DNA of 64,000 nucleotides from Bispira polyomma (lineage: Eukaryota), in contig OZ287751.1 in assembly GCA_965649765.1 (NCBI GenBank), positions 76,136,001 to 76,200,000 on the forward strand. Direction: 5' to 3'. The notes under the pieces are model-generated. The model was not told the DNA's origin and did not search any database. It saw only the letters and a program-made list of their open reading frames with translations. The position numbers and the translations under genes were made by a program. This document shows positions 49,308 to 62,905 of this stretch, piece by piece (the stretch's first letter is position 1; every line of letters starts with the position of its first letter).

Positions 49308-51578
49308 AGTGTCTTGTTTTCATAATCCATCTATCGCTATAGCATTAGTATATATCACTGTAGCAGTTGGCTGATAGAGGAAACCAGTATAGATTAGCTA
49401 ATTATTTGTGGACAGCAAACCACCAGCCTTCAGCAAGTGTATGCCAACTTTCCCACATGCCAGGACCAAGATTTTAAAATTGTTTGGAATACCACTGCTT
49501 GTTAATGTTGTAAAGTATGTGGAGTACTTGCAATAGGTCAGTCTTTCACAGTGCAAAGATTCCAGTTGAGTGAAGGGTACGAGATTTGTATACTTGCTCT
49601 AATGTACCTGTAGCTACAACATGGAGACCTCATTTACAGATGCTTACAAAAACTGGCAGTTTATATTAAAACGATGAAATGGACCCGATTTCTGGCCTTT
49701 CAATTAATATTTAATATCCATGCGTTGCAGGGAGTCTGTGTAATCGGGGATTTTGTGAAATCCCCAAAATTCCTAAATATAGCCTAAAATGTAAGATAAT
49801 CCAATCATAAGCCATGTAGTAGCAAGCTGGGTCTATTGAGTTTTACTTTAAACGCATTAAAAGGACTCCTTAAACATATTTGGGTCTTTACCATATTACG
49901 TAATAATTGAACAAGAAATAATAATGCTGTCTATTTGTAACATTATTTTGACTTTCTGGTTTAGGTTACCTAATTAATTTCTAATATTCCTCCACAAGTA
50001 ACACAAATTTGGATGAATTCAAATCTGATTTGTATTGAACCGAAAACTGAGGATTCCTTCTGGGAAATTCCCTTGATATATACACAAATTCTTCAGAAAT
50101 CATCGACTTGCAGGAGCTTTTGATCTTCACATTAATATTGTGTTAGGTACTCCTAATTACTTCTACCTGAATGAATTTTTAATGAGTGAGCCTAGCAAGG
50201 CTAGTCTCACTCATTGATGTTATACTGCAGATTTGGTGTTGTGACAAAATTTTCTTGAAATTGGCCCGAAAATTTAACTTCATATTTACCAGGTATGGTT
50301 TTTTAATTGTAGGGATAATGCAGTCAATTCGTTTTCTAAATAAAAAACTATAATAACAGTTCTAAAACAATGACCTGAGTTGACATGGCTTTGACCTATA
50401 TAGTCAGATACTTCACTTACTTCAGGTACTTAATATACATAGTACAGTGCAATTAGGTAAGTGTATGCTGTATACATTTGTATAAATTCTGTGCTTAGTA
50501 AATAAAAATTGCAACTGGCTCATTTTTCTCCTAAATAAATTATATAGATATACAAATAAATATAGAATGCTGGAAAAGTGAAGTGCGGTTCATCATTTAC
50601 AAGTATAGACACCAATTTTTGTTCTGATAAGGAATTTAGTGAAGAAAACCTTCAGGGAGTTTTAAACTCTTATTGTTTTCAACCCCCTAAATCAAATCTA
50701 TTACATCAGAACTCTTTTAGTGAAACAACTTTAGAAATAGTCAAAATGATTATAATTATTGCTTGGGTACACACCTTACTTAGTTCTTGTAATAAACAGC
50801 CATATCATCACAAAGCTTTTATTCTTTGAATAGTTTGGGTCTCCTGCAGCACTGGTGATATTAAATGTTTTTACATTCTATAAATATAAAAAAATACTAA
50901 TAATGTACTAAAATATATGTGGCTATATACAAGATAATTAGCTTACAAATGATAACTTTTAGGAGTTATTTAGCATCGTGATATTTTAACCACAAATAGC
51001 TTTTATTACAAAATTAAAAATGTAACAAATCAGTATTTTTAGCTTTCTCTTCAAATAATGCCAGATACATTTTCATATTTGTAATTATTTCACAATTTCA
51101 ATTGTTATCAAAAACCATTAGTAATTTATTATGACATTTATATGCATAAGCAATTATTTCATCTGATTCGGAAATCCTGTGGTGAACTATATACAAGGTT
51201 TGACCCAATATGTTTTAAAAACACTTTGTTTATCTACAAATTCTAGCAACATTTGTAATCCTTTATGAGCCCTAGAGCCATTCACTATCCAGTCTTTGTC
51301 ACTGAGTGGGCCATGAACACAGACTTTCCAGATCTAGAATAATTTTTACAGTCCCAAAGTAATGACACAGTATACATTCTGTATGTCTAGTACATGTAAT
51401 ATGTAGAAATAGGAGATGTGTGTATAAATATATAGCTCAATGTAAAGTGTTAATTTAATAAATTAATGATATTTTCAAAAAACTTTACAGAAAACTAGCA
51501 GTGAACTGTTCTGGTATATAACAGGATATGTATCCAGATATATATAGAAAAAAAAGAAAGAAATTAAAATACACTATA

Positions 51579-51751
51579 CAGTTGAACCCCTTTAAGTAGA
51601 ACTCTGTTAAGTAAGTTTCTGTTATGTGGAGACAAATTTGAAGTCCCATGAAGGTCTTTCCCTTTCAAATCTACCCTGTTAAGTGGAAATCCTGCTTAAG
51701 TAGAGGTATTATTACTGGTCCATTGAGGTTCGACTTAAAGGGGTTCAACTG
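51579..51751. mobile_element. Tc1/mariner(pogo/Tigger)-type MITE
   Basis: TIR cagttgaacccctttaagt(a/c)gaac at both ends, flanked by TA. Confidence 0.9.
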
Positions 51752-52639
51752 TATATCATATAAAATATGCTAAAATAATGTTTCTTGCCCATCTTTTTTA
51801 AGCGGGTACCACGTGTATGCATTTTCAAAACACCCAATAGGAGAGTTTATTTTAGGAAATTATACAGTTGCAAACAATCTTCGCGAGAATTGTTAACATT
51901 GGACATTGTGGAAGTTACCCTGGTGCCCCTAGCGAGTTCTACGAAACAATAAAGTACTAGGGTCCACACTTACAAAATAATTCGAAACGACCAGAAAATG
52001 GAAATCTTAGTGTGTTTCCCGAAGTCTGCTACGTACTAATATTATAGCACTTACCTGCGGCAAGATTGTTTGAAATTATTATTAACTACATACAGCCGAC
52101 AACAAGGGAACCCAAATATTACACACTTATTTTAAAGCCCCAGTTTCTGTATATTATTACAATAAAAATGGTTTACTTCATATTTTACTGCATTAAATGG
52201 TTCGATCTTCATCAATATTTAACCTAAAATTATCGTTTTTATATCACCAGAAAGCTATTATTTAGTGCTTTTCGACAGTCCAAACAGTTTCCAAATCCAA
52301 TGAATATTATTTGAGCTTTGTGAAGAAATCGTTGTAAAAACTTTAAAAGTTTGGTGGAAATAGGCATTGATCAAATTCTGATTTCTCTGTAATTACTTAA
52401 GCTAAAATTTTAAGATTTGTATGTCATGAAAGAGCAATTAATACACTTTCTGACCCTTCAAATTACTAGGGATCCTTTTTTAATTCTCAGGATAATGCAG
52501 TCTATTCGTTTTCTTAATAAAAATCTGTAATAACAGTTTCAAAAATGTAGGTTGCATTGACATAAACATGAACTCAGGTTGACCTATATATTTACATATT
52601 TTATCTTCCATATACATCGTCATCAGCCATGACTCCGCC

Positions 52640-53110
52640 TAATCTAATCTAGTTGTACTTTTATAGCGCTTAGTCTTTGTACAACAAATTCTAAGGTGTG
52701 ACAAACCTAAGCATTAATCAAAAATGGTGGACGGATGGTGGTCATTACCAGGAAGACTACCAGAATGGTTGCGACGGCTAATGTGGAAAGGCCTGTTCAA
52801 AAAGGTAGGCCTTCAGCTTATTCCTGAAAGAGGAGAATGTTCGAGCCAGGCGAACATGATCAGGCAGGCTGTTCCATATGAAGGCACCATCATGAGCAAG
52901 GCAACAATTAAAATGTACTTGTGGATGCGAGGGTGTAAAGTGGGAATATTAAGATTATTTTATCAGGGTTACTGCGCCTAGTCTTGACTGAGCATGTATA
53001 TTTGGATAGATAGGGGTTGAAATAGGTGGCTAATGCAGAATTTAGAAGTTTGTATAAAATTGTTGCTGTTTTGAAAGCTATATTTTATTGGGAGCCAGTG
53101 GAGCCTACCT
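52640..53110 (-). mobile_element. L2/CR1 LINE 3' fragment
   Basis: Minus strand has LHWLP-like ctccactggctccca, gaataagctgaaggcctacctttt (KLKAYLF) and an (attag)n tail. Confidence 0.6.
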
Positions 53111-55909
53111 AGGGGTCTTACTAAACTTACTAAATTGTTTTCTAAAATCAATAAACTTACCAGTAAAGCTACAATTTAAAAATCAATATGTCCATTAAGA
53201 GTAATTTATACCCTTTCTGAAACTTTTTACCATACCACTTACCGAGATGTACACATTTTCACTTTGTCAGCTGATGTACTTACTGTTAGCAAACGAATAC
53301 GTGACCGATTTATCGGTCACTGATTGCTTGTTTAATTTGCTTAATCTACAGTTACTCCCAATAAGTTTAAAACTGAAGATTTTGGGGGTCAGTTCACCGG
53401 AACCTACTCAGAATTAGTTGTCTGACTTGAAAAGAAAAATTTGCAATTGAAAAGCTTATATTAAACCCACAAGAATTTATACCTTTCTACGTAATACGCT
53501 AACTGTGGATTCTAATGTATTATTCTAACTAGAAAGTAAAATCAGTATTTCACAAATTCCCTAAAAGCCATTCAGTAAGATAGTGTACATTAATATTTTT
53601 TATGGAATTGGCTGAATCAGGTATTTCATGAAATCCCTAAAATTTTCAGAGATTTTGCGAAATCCCTGATTACACAGATTCCCTGTAACACATATATTGC
53701 AGTATTTATAAAGAATCCGTAAATATTCCATTAAATACGCATATGTGCTTGTTTTAAAGTCCAGTAAGTTCACATATTTATCAAATTCTTATTATTCTTT
53801 AATTTTTCGCCTTAATTCAAAATAGTTACTCCCGAAAATGTCTTTAAAATAGATTTGCTTATATAAATGATACCAATTAATTAATTAGATCATTACAGAA
53901 AATATGTACCTGTATAAATTGTTGGTAAGTTCATTATTTTTACAGGATGAAATTAGAGTAGCACCTGCTATTTCATTTAAACTTAGATTTATAACACTTG
54001 CATCTATTGTTACTGCACTGATTTTCACCACTTACATTTCGCAAATCCTTCATCACTTTAAATTTTAGTTATTAACCAGTTTAACCTAAAAGATAAAAAT
54101 ACATTGTACTAGATAACCAGTAACACCAATTTAAGTTTTTAAATTTCACAGCACATTGTTATTTAAAGTTGTTTAAATTTTACCTCTAATTGTATTTAAA
54201 AGTTAAAAAGCCATGGGTATCGCATATAATTACAAATAGGCAATTACGAGTTTTGATGAGATGTACTTCCACAGAAGCCACGTTTCACAGTTTTAGTTGC
54301 ATCAAGAGAAGGGTTTATAAAGGGTACTTTTAATCTAGCTATTATACTACCTTCAAAGGTAGTGTGGCCTTTACAAACCTGCAATTGAGTCTTTTATTTT
54401 ATTTGGATGGGATGCTGTAGAAGCCAAAGTGAACTGTCTACAATAATATCAAAAGAATGTTTTACAAAAGAGTACCTTACTATTATTCTTTATTTAAATA
54501 AATCGTAATTTTAAATCAGGTTAATATTTTTACAAATTTTAAAATAATTCAATTTTCAATTAAAAAGCATTAGTGTTGATTTTTATACTATAGGGAAACC
54601 AATATTTTGATTAAACACTGTAAATAGACAAAAATATACATGCAAAATATATGGGATTTAGTGTGCTTTAAAGTGACCTAAATAAAGATGGACTCCTAAT
54701 AACTTGTAGAACACAAACCACCAAATAATATATATATTGATAAAAGCCTTTGTTTTATCAATAGGCCTTTAGTAGGTTTAATGAATTGCAATTTAGATAG
54801 GTAAGGCTTTTTGTACTAGCTTCATACACACACAGTAAATTGTTGTTGCTAGTGTTAAAGTAAATGCAAATTAATGTCAAGGTTATTTTGAATAAATGTT
54901 TTGAAGACATTAAATTTTACTTTAATAATACTATACTTACAATTTAAAATAGAGTAAATTAAACCTTCTTTGAAGTTAAAGTATTAATAAAGGCATTCAT
55001 GAATACATTGCAAATGTATTCAAATTCTGATTCGATACATTTAAAATTTGTGTATTTGCATTCATATTCGTAAAATTTGAAAGTATTCGCATTCGTATTC
55101 AAATACTTTTCAAATGTATTCACCCCATGTCTGATCTATTCTAAATATTATAAAGATAGAAATCACAACAAATGTTAGTAACAGTTTAATTATTATAATG
55201 TGTCACACAAACCCATTGTTTATTTGCAACTGAGTCATTGTTATACCCAACACACTTATAATGAAATCATAGATAATGCTTATCATTTTCACATTAAATC
55301 ATGTTATCATAAAAATCGGAAAATCCACAAAAGCTTAATTTTTTTTTCTCTTTCGCTTATGCCTTTAATTTTAATTTTACGGGTAGTTTTTTTTTTAGGA
55401 AATGGCTGAAACTTATTTTTTTCCAAACAAGTAAAACAAACAATGCTCAATTTGTCTTTGTCTAATTGAACATTAAAATCTTCTTTGTAATTACTGAAAC
55501 AAAATTTAACCAAATTGGCTATTGCATGTAAACCACAATCACCCTTATTCTGTGGCTGTACTTTTGAAAATATTATTTGAAAATCCTGTCATGGTTTTAA
55601 TATTACTTACATTTATTCCACTTGACTCAGATAAATCTAGTATAAATACAAGAAAGGATGATTCTATCTTACATAACTTCTTTGAAGTGTATTTCTGTTG
55701 ATAATACAATAGAATCCCATGGAACATAAATACAATTGCCTTTACCAATATTAGGGTACACCGTGCATTAGCACTTATAATCCCCCTCATTTGATTGCTT
55801 CTTTTTTTTTAATTCGGCATGTTGATATAGAATTTTAGAACCTCTAAGTAGATTGCTTCTATAAGATAAAGTAATTTATGTTGATACAGAACTTCAGCTA
55901 ATGGTCACC

Positions 55910-57936
55910 TGCCAATTCTGTAGCCAAACTTTACTAACAATACAAACATGACTTGGGTGATGTACTAGATAAGCATGCACCACTTGTATCTAGAATGTCA
56001 AAGAAAAATTCTGTGCAGTGACTCTCTGATTCATACCGACGGGCAAAATCTCTCAGGCGCCAATATAAAAGAATTTGGCGAAGGCCCGAGAATCCATTAA
56101 ATAGAAGTCAACTTCGTCGCCAGATTGCTCGGTGCAATGTACTTGTTGATGAGGATAAGTCAGAGTATTATAGCAAACTTATCTCTGACAACAGTCACAA
56201 CTCCAGAAAGCTATGGCACGAACTGCGCAAGACCCTAATATGGATACCAATGTGGCACTCCCGTCCCATGATTCTGATAAATCACTAGCTGATAAGTTTG
56301 CTTCCTTTTTTTCCCGACAAAATGAAGAGAATTACTGAGGGACATGTACCTGATGGTTTTAAAACAGCTGTAGTTACTCCTCTTATTAAGAAGGCTTCTC
56401 TTCCAGTTGATGACCTAAAGAATTATCGCCCTGTATCTGGTCTTAGTTTCATATCAAAACTGGTTAAACGTGTGGTTGCTACGTAACTGTTAGATCACAT
56501 CTTTATTCACGGCTTAGACGACCCATACCAGTCTGCGTATAAAACAGGTCATTCGACTGAGACAGTTCTTTTGTCTATAAAAAATGAAGTTAACCTATCT
56601 TTGTCAAGAGAGGAACCTACTGCCCTGGTATTGCTTGATCTCTCTGCTGCCTTTGACACCATTAATCATTCCACGCTTCTCAGTTGTCTTCAGACTTGGT
56701 TTGGAGCTAGAGGCTCTGTTCTTATATGGTTCAAATGCTTTCTACTTAACTGATTGTTATCAGTCGATAAAATTTGGCTCTACTTTGTCCGATCTATGTA
56801 AACTCTTGTTTAGTGTTCCTCAAGGTTCTGTTTTGTGCCCTCTGTTGTTCTCATTATACACTGCCCCTCTCAGATTGTTTATTGGCAAATACACAGGAAT
56901 TCAGTTTCATTTTTATGCAGATGATACCCAAATTTATGTGCACCTATCCCATAAGAACACATCTACTGCCTTTGAACAGTTGAACAGGTGCCTTGACGAC
57001 GTGAAAGAGTGGATGTCAACTGGTAAACTCAAACTTAATCCTGAAAAGACTGAGTTCATAATCTTTGGTTTAAAACAACAGAGGGATAAGTTGAAAGCAT
57101 TGTTACCAGTTGACATCCTGGATAGCCCTTTCAGCCCAGCTGATTCTGTCAAGAACCTGGGTGTATTGTTTGACTCTGACTTTTCTTTCTTTAAACACGT
57201 TCAGAGTGTCTGCAAAAGCTGTTTTGTGCCACTTCGGGACTTTAGACGTGTCAGGCGGTTTCTCACTTATGATGCGTCTATACTTGTAGCCAATGCTTTT
57301 GTCAGTAGTAGACTGGATTACTGCAATTCACTTTTCAGGAGTCTCTCAAAGTTTAATTTATGTAAATTACAATGCATTCCAAATAGTGCAGCTAGAATTG
57401 TGTCAAATACCAGTCGATACACCAGTATAACTCCTGTTCTTAAGAAATTGCATTGGCTCCCTGTTGAACAGCGTTGAGTGTTTAAGGCAGGTACACTTGT
57501 TTATAAGTTTCTTCACACTAGGTTTCCAAAGTATTTTGCCCCATATCTTTTCACTTACAGTAGTTTCTACAATATCAGATGTAGTCAGAGTGGTAGTAAT
57601 TTCCTTGTTGTTCCGAAGTTCCACCCATCTACTCAAAAGTCGGTTAAACAGTTTGGTCACAGCTTTTCTTTTGATGCTCCCATTGTTTGGAATGCTATTC
57701 CTGATGTGATTCGTGCTTCCCCCTCACTAGCCTCTTTTAGAAAGCAGCTTAAAATCCACTTGTACACTAAAGCATACCCACCTTAGTCTCAATCATCCCC
57801 CGTCGCGCTCTGTGGTGCTGACCCTTTTCTGTCCCTTGATTTTGGAAATTGGATTACTGTCTTTTGTGCTGGTGCGCCTTAGAGTCCCCTTTGTTAAGGG
57901 GAGATTAAGCGCCATAACAGTCTAATTACAATTACA
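55910..57936 (+). mobile_element. L2/CR1-clade LINE, 3' half, few disruptions
   Basis: [71 protein letters not shown]; 3' stem-loop gcgccttagagtcccctt..aaggggagattaagcgc and (attaca)n tail. Confidence 0.92.
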
Positions 57937-60339
57937 TTGGAAATGATGATTTCTCCTGATCTCCCAGACTGACAGATTAGGCTATTTTAGGCAATTTTTC
58001 CCAATCACCTTGAGAGGTAGGTGATCACGTCCGAGTAATGTGGTGGTTTCACATTAAAGTACGATCAGAAAAATGGGCCCAATTTTAAGATTAAGATGCT
58101 TGGGGCGAACAAGTCAAAATATTTGATATTTTGGGCGGGAAAATAAAAATGTAGGGCATCCTTCTAGATCGAACGGATTGCGTCCCGTTTTGACTGGACA
58201 AAGATCATGATTGACCTTGAAGTCTGTACTAAAATTGACCTGTCCTCCCTGACTCGGTTAGGATCAAACTTATTGGCGATAGGATCTGACTTATCGTCCT
58301 AGGATCAACCGTATCGTCGATAGGATCTGACGTACCTATACCCCCGTCTCTCAGGATCGCCCCTATAATAATGAAGGTCGGGAATGCTATGCCAATGCTA
58401 CTGACAAAATGATTTTATATTCTTCTGCACCACTCCGTTTTTGTCTCCCCAACTATAAATTCGAGTAGGCCAGTGGACAAGCCTTGGGTGAGATAAAACC
58501 CATCAGACAGAACATATTGACTATAAAATCAAACGTTTTTGAAGTCTGGGAAGCTAGTTTTGTTGCAAAGTATCAAACAGGTTTAATATTCTTGCCGATC
58601 ACCACGTTCGCCACATTTTCGTCCCCCGAATTGTACAAACTCGCCCTGGACCTTAAAAACAGGAAGGTCAGGGACTAAATTGACAATCTGGAACCGCCAA
58701 ATAAGGTACCAAAGAATAATGTGAACCAGAGGCACTTGACTTTAAAATTATTTATGAAAATATACATCAAACTTAATTTACACAAGATTTAAAGTGAAAA
58801 TCAATATTCACATTTGCATACAGCCAAAAGTAATAGTATGTATTATGTACCTTAGTGTAGTTTTTACATTCTTTATTTGAAAGTAATATTATTTCACTAA
58901 ATTGTATATAAATCTTTAAAAAGACTAAATTTTTAGCCAAATTTAAATGTAATTAATGTTTCACTTATCTATCTATATTACACCAGGTTACCTTCATTAA
59001 ATCCATTAGTTAATCTGAAAAATTATAATTAAACCTGTCATGCAGTGATCAGATGTGTTTATATAATTTTGCTTTGTAAAAGCAACTTGATCTGGAATTA
59101 ATGTAAAAGTCAATTTAACCTTCTCTGAAAATTGTCCTTGTATAGAAAAATCTTGCAATTGTTGAACCCATTTTACACTGAAATTATTTCAAACATATTA
59201 CATTGTGGTGAAAATTATGACATTGATCCCGTCCCTGTCTTTAGCATATATAAAATATACCATAATAAACCATATTTTACCATGAACATGGTAACATATG
59301 TGCAATTAATTGTTTTTAAGGTCTGGTGTTAAAATTAAGCAAACAATTGTAAATTACAGTACCAACATTTTAGTTAATGATTCAAAGTTGTTTATTACAT
59401 TTACCAACCTATACCATTGATAATTGCCAACATTTATGTCATAAAGATATATTAAATTAAAGGGGAGCCCTTAAACATACACCATTGGTCATCGTGAGAA
59501 ATCAATTGTTGTTATATTGCTTAATTATATTACTCACTGTCAACTTATTAAGATGTGATCTAGAGATCTTTTGATTACAATATTAAATCTCTAACTGCTA
59601 GGCCACAGAAACCTTCTCTGATATAGGCCACAAAGTGTATAAATGATACGGTTGGGTCATTCACAGTACTTCTGTGGCCATAGAGAGCGAAGGTTAGTTT
59701 CCCAGTGAATTTGTCTCCTATGAAGGGTAAATAAAAACTTTACCCCCTATGCCTCTTGCAAAAATGCGGGTGAATCAGTAAGAGCTGCAAATCCAAAATG
59801 GCCGCCGGCAGCCGGCAGCCATTTCGAATATTAGCTTTTAATGGTTTGGCCTACAATGCTGCATACTACATCATTTCTGGGACTTTTTGGGTCAAGAAAT
59901 TCATATTTGATATTGTTTTGATGATTTGACCTATTTCTGTCCTTCAAATCCACGATGGCTGCCAATTTTCAACTCAAAAAGCTCATTTTTCAAAATCATC
60001 ATAAAGCCTTTTCAATATGCTCTAATGAAAGCTCTGTTCATGTAGAGTTGTGTCCATTACACCCACAACTCTGGAATACTGACCTGTTACGTCCCTCGGC
60101 TATAATTTTAGATTATTGTCTTGTTTCATTTAGCGCACTGAGTTCTCTTTGTAGGGAAGATATTGCGCTTGCATAGCAGTAGATTAGATTAGACTATAGA
60201 CAGTAAAACTCAAAGTAAATGCATAAAGGTCATCTCACAGGTCAAAAAGGTTTTTGTTTGTGGTTTGTTAAAACCAAACCTTCATACGCCATGGTCACAA
60301 AATCACTGAATTTTTTTTTTATTTTTTAGAATTTGGATA

Positions 60340-60578
60340 TTTAATGTCCACTTTAGTACTTGCTAGTTAGGTTATATTAGGACGGGTAGTGGGTAACGCT
60401 GGAGGAAACACTGCATACAGTTCATCAAGGTTCTGCACTGAAACCAGCGGCCCACAGTAAGAAACCACTTTTCCCACATAGACAACGACAGGAGGCGAAC
60501 CCACACCAGCCAATCTCCAGAGGTGAGAGGCCAGTGATTGTGAAGCGCAATGCTTGCTAACCACTAGGCCACCACACA
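60340..60578 (-). mobile_element. tRNA-derived SINE
   Basis: Minus strand: ggtggcctagtggttagc (A box), gggttcgcctcc (B box), atgtgggaaaagtgg core, aaagtggacattaaa tail. Confidence 0.75.
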
Positions 60579-60628
60579 CAAAATCACTGAAGATAACCCA
60601 ACAAAATGTATGTATTTGAATAATATAT

Positions 60629-60632
<4 letters not shown>

Positions 60633-60681
<49 letters not shown>
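60633..60681. repeat. (TA)n microsatellite
   Basis: About 24 TA units. Confidence 0.95.
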
Positions 60682-60683
<2 letters not shown>

Positions 60684-61374
60684 CTTTATATTAGGGAGGT
60701 ACAAGGTATTGAGCCTTAATTTACAACTTTAGAATAATTAATTTTGCAACTAATGGTCATTACTGGATCAATACTCTTCATCTGAATCTGTTGATTCTGC
60801 ACATTCACTCCTCTCATCATCACTTCTACTGTTATTGTCAATCTCATCTTGAAAGTCGTTAGGTGTGAACTACTGGGGTCAGGATGTGATGCACTGGTCG
60901 GCACTTTCTATTGAGAATTGCCCAGCCATGTCCAATGGGGGAAGAATGCTTTAGTAGGCTGTAATGGAGCTTGCAATATGTGACGTCATTGGTCCTTTCC
61001 ACATCGAGAGTCATTATAAGGTGGGAGGTGGATTGTACTCTTTTTCTTCAGCTGACAAATGTGTGTAAATGTATACAGGTTTATAGTCTGATTTCACCTC
61101 TATTGAGGTTTCAGTCAACTTCGAAGTTTACACCCCAGTTGAGTTCTTTCGCTTGTCAACCATTGTTTAGTCTCAGCTCCCTGAGGAAGTGTACTAGCTG
61201 TGCTGCCACATACGGCGCACAAAGACCAACACCCATTAGTGACCAGGTACCCATTTATACACCTGGGTAGAGAGAGATAATTTTCACAAAGATTTATTTT
61301 CGCACCAAACAAACCTTTACATTTGAACATGGCAAATGAAAAAGTATAGAAGTCTGCTGTATATAATACGTAAT

Positions 61375-61995
61375 TATTTGTAATTGCAATTAGACTTTTA
61401 TTGCACTTAATCTCCCCTTAACGAAAGGGACTCTAAGGCGCAACAGCACAAAAGACAGTAATCCAATTTCCAATATCAAGGGACAGAAAAGGGTCGAGCA
61501 CCACAAAGCACGGGGGATGATTTAGACTAAGGTGGGTATGCTTTAGTGTACAAGTGGGTTTTTAAGCTGCTTTCTAAAAGAGGCTAGTGAGGGGAAGCAC
61601 GAATCACATCCGGAAGAGCGTTCCAAACAATGGGAGCATCAAAAGCAAAGCTGTGACCAAACTGTTTAACTGACTTTTGAGTAGACGGGTGTAACTTTGG
61701 AACTAAAAAGGAAATTACTACCACTTTGACTCCGTCTGGTATTATAGGAACTACTGTAAGAGGAAAGATATGGGGCAAAATACCTTGGAAAACCAGTGTG
61801 AAGAAACTTATAAACAAGTGTAGCTGTTTCAAACACTGAACACTGTTCAACAGGGAGCCAATGTAATTTCTTAAGAACAGGAGTTATACTGGTGTATCGA
61901 CTGGTATTTGTCACAATTCTAGCTGCACTATTTTGAATGCATTGTAATTTACATAAATTAAACTTTAATCCAGTCTACTACTGACAAAGGCATTG
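61375..61995 (-). mobile_element. L2/CR1 LINE 3' end, same family as 55910-57936, inverted
   Basis: Near-identical reverse complement of ~57290-57935 (TSRYTSITPVLKKLHWLPVEQ). Confidence 0.92.
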
Positions 61996-62030
61996 GCACC
62001 CTAGCACCCCACACTATAGCCTCACCTTAA

Positions 62031-62905
62031 GGCTTTAGTAACGTAAACACAAAAGACGATCGCGGATAACCACATTTTGTGTGCTTGAGCTTCTCAGAAA
62101 CTGCACAACTTTTTCTTTGTGGCCTTAAATTCGATTTACAGAAAACATATTTACATTTTTATGGGTAGAAATAATAAAGCATGACATCTATTTTAATTAT
62201 ATACTAATTCATATATTTTGTGTCATTTTAATACATATTTTGAGACATACAATGCATATAGCAGTGTGTAAAATTATAACTAAAATGGGTAATATTTTAA
62301 ATGTACATGCTTCACAAACATGACACAATTCATATACCAAGCAGGGATCAATACTGAAGTATTGTACATGACTAGAAAAAGGAAAACATCAGCATTATTT
62401 TGAATGAATTCGTTTTTTAATTAAACCACAAAAACTGGCTTATTTTAGAAAAACATTAAAGTTACACTCCTATTAACAGAAAGATGTTTTATATTCTTTG
62501 TTTTTATAAAATAAGGAAACATATTGAAAAATGTAAATCACTAGAAATAATATACATGTTTTATAAAGTTGTGTAACATATATCTTGTGCTGATATATGC
62601 TGGATCAATACTCGTATTATGTCACAATAGAAAGGACTCTCTTCGAGACTTGTTTACAAATATGACGTTCTACATAGATTTTTAAATTGTGTGACGTCAC
62701 AACACAAGGATGGTGATATGGGTGTTTTTATAGTTTTGTAGCATATTATTAACCTTTTGAATTGTCTGGACACATAAAAATGGTTAAAGTCCTTACTAAA
62801 GTGTACTTTTAAAGTCCTCATAGTTGATATACAGAGTAGACATGGCTCTCGTAAAAATAGCATGCTTTTTTGCCGGCTCGTTTATGTGTTTACGTTACTA
62901 AAACC
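62031..62905. mobile_element. TTAA-flanked non-autonomous DNA transposon (Kolobok-like)
   Basis: TTAA|ggctttagtaacgtaaacaca ... tgtgtttacgttactaaaacc|TTAA: 21-bp TIR with one mismatch, GG termini. Confidence 0.8.

Noticed and set aside
57940-57975. ATGATGA...CTGA as another C/D snoRNA
   Set aside because: The boxes are only ~25 nt apart, with no terminal stem or recognisable guide.
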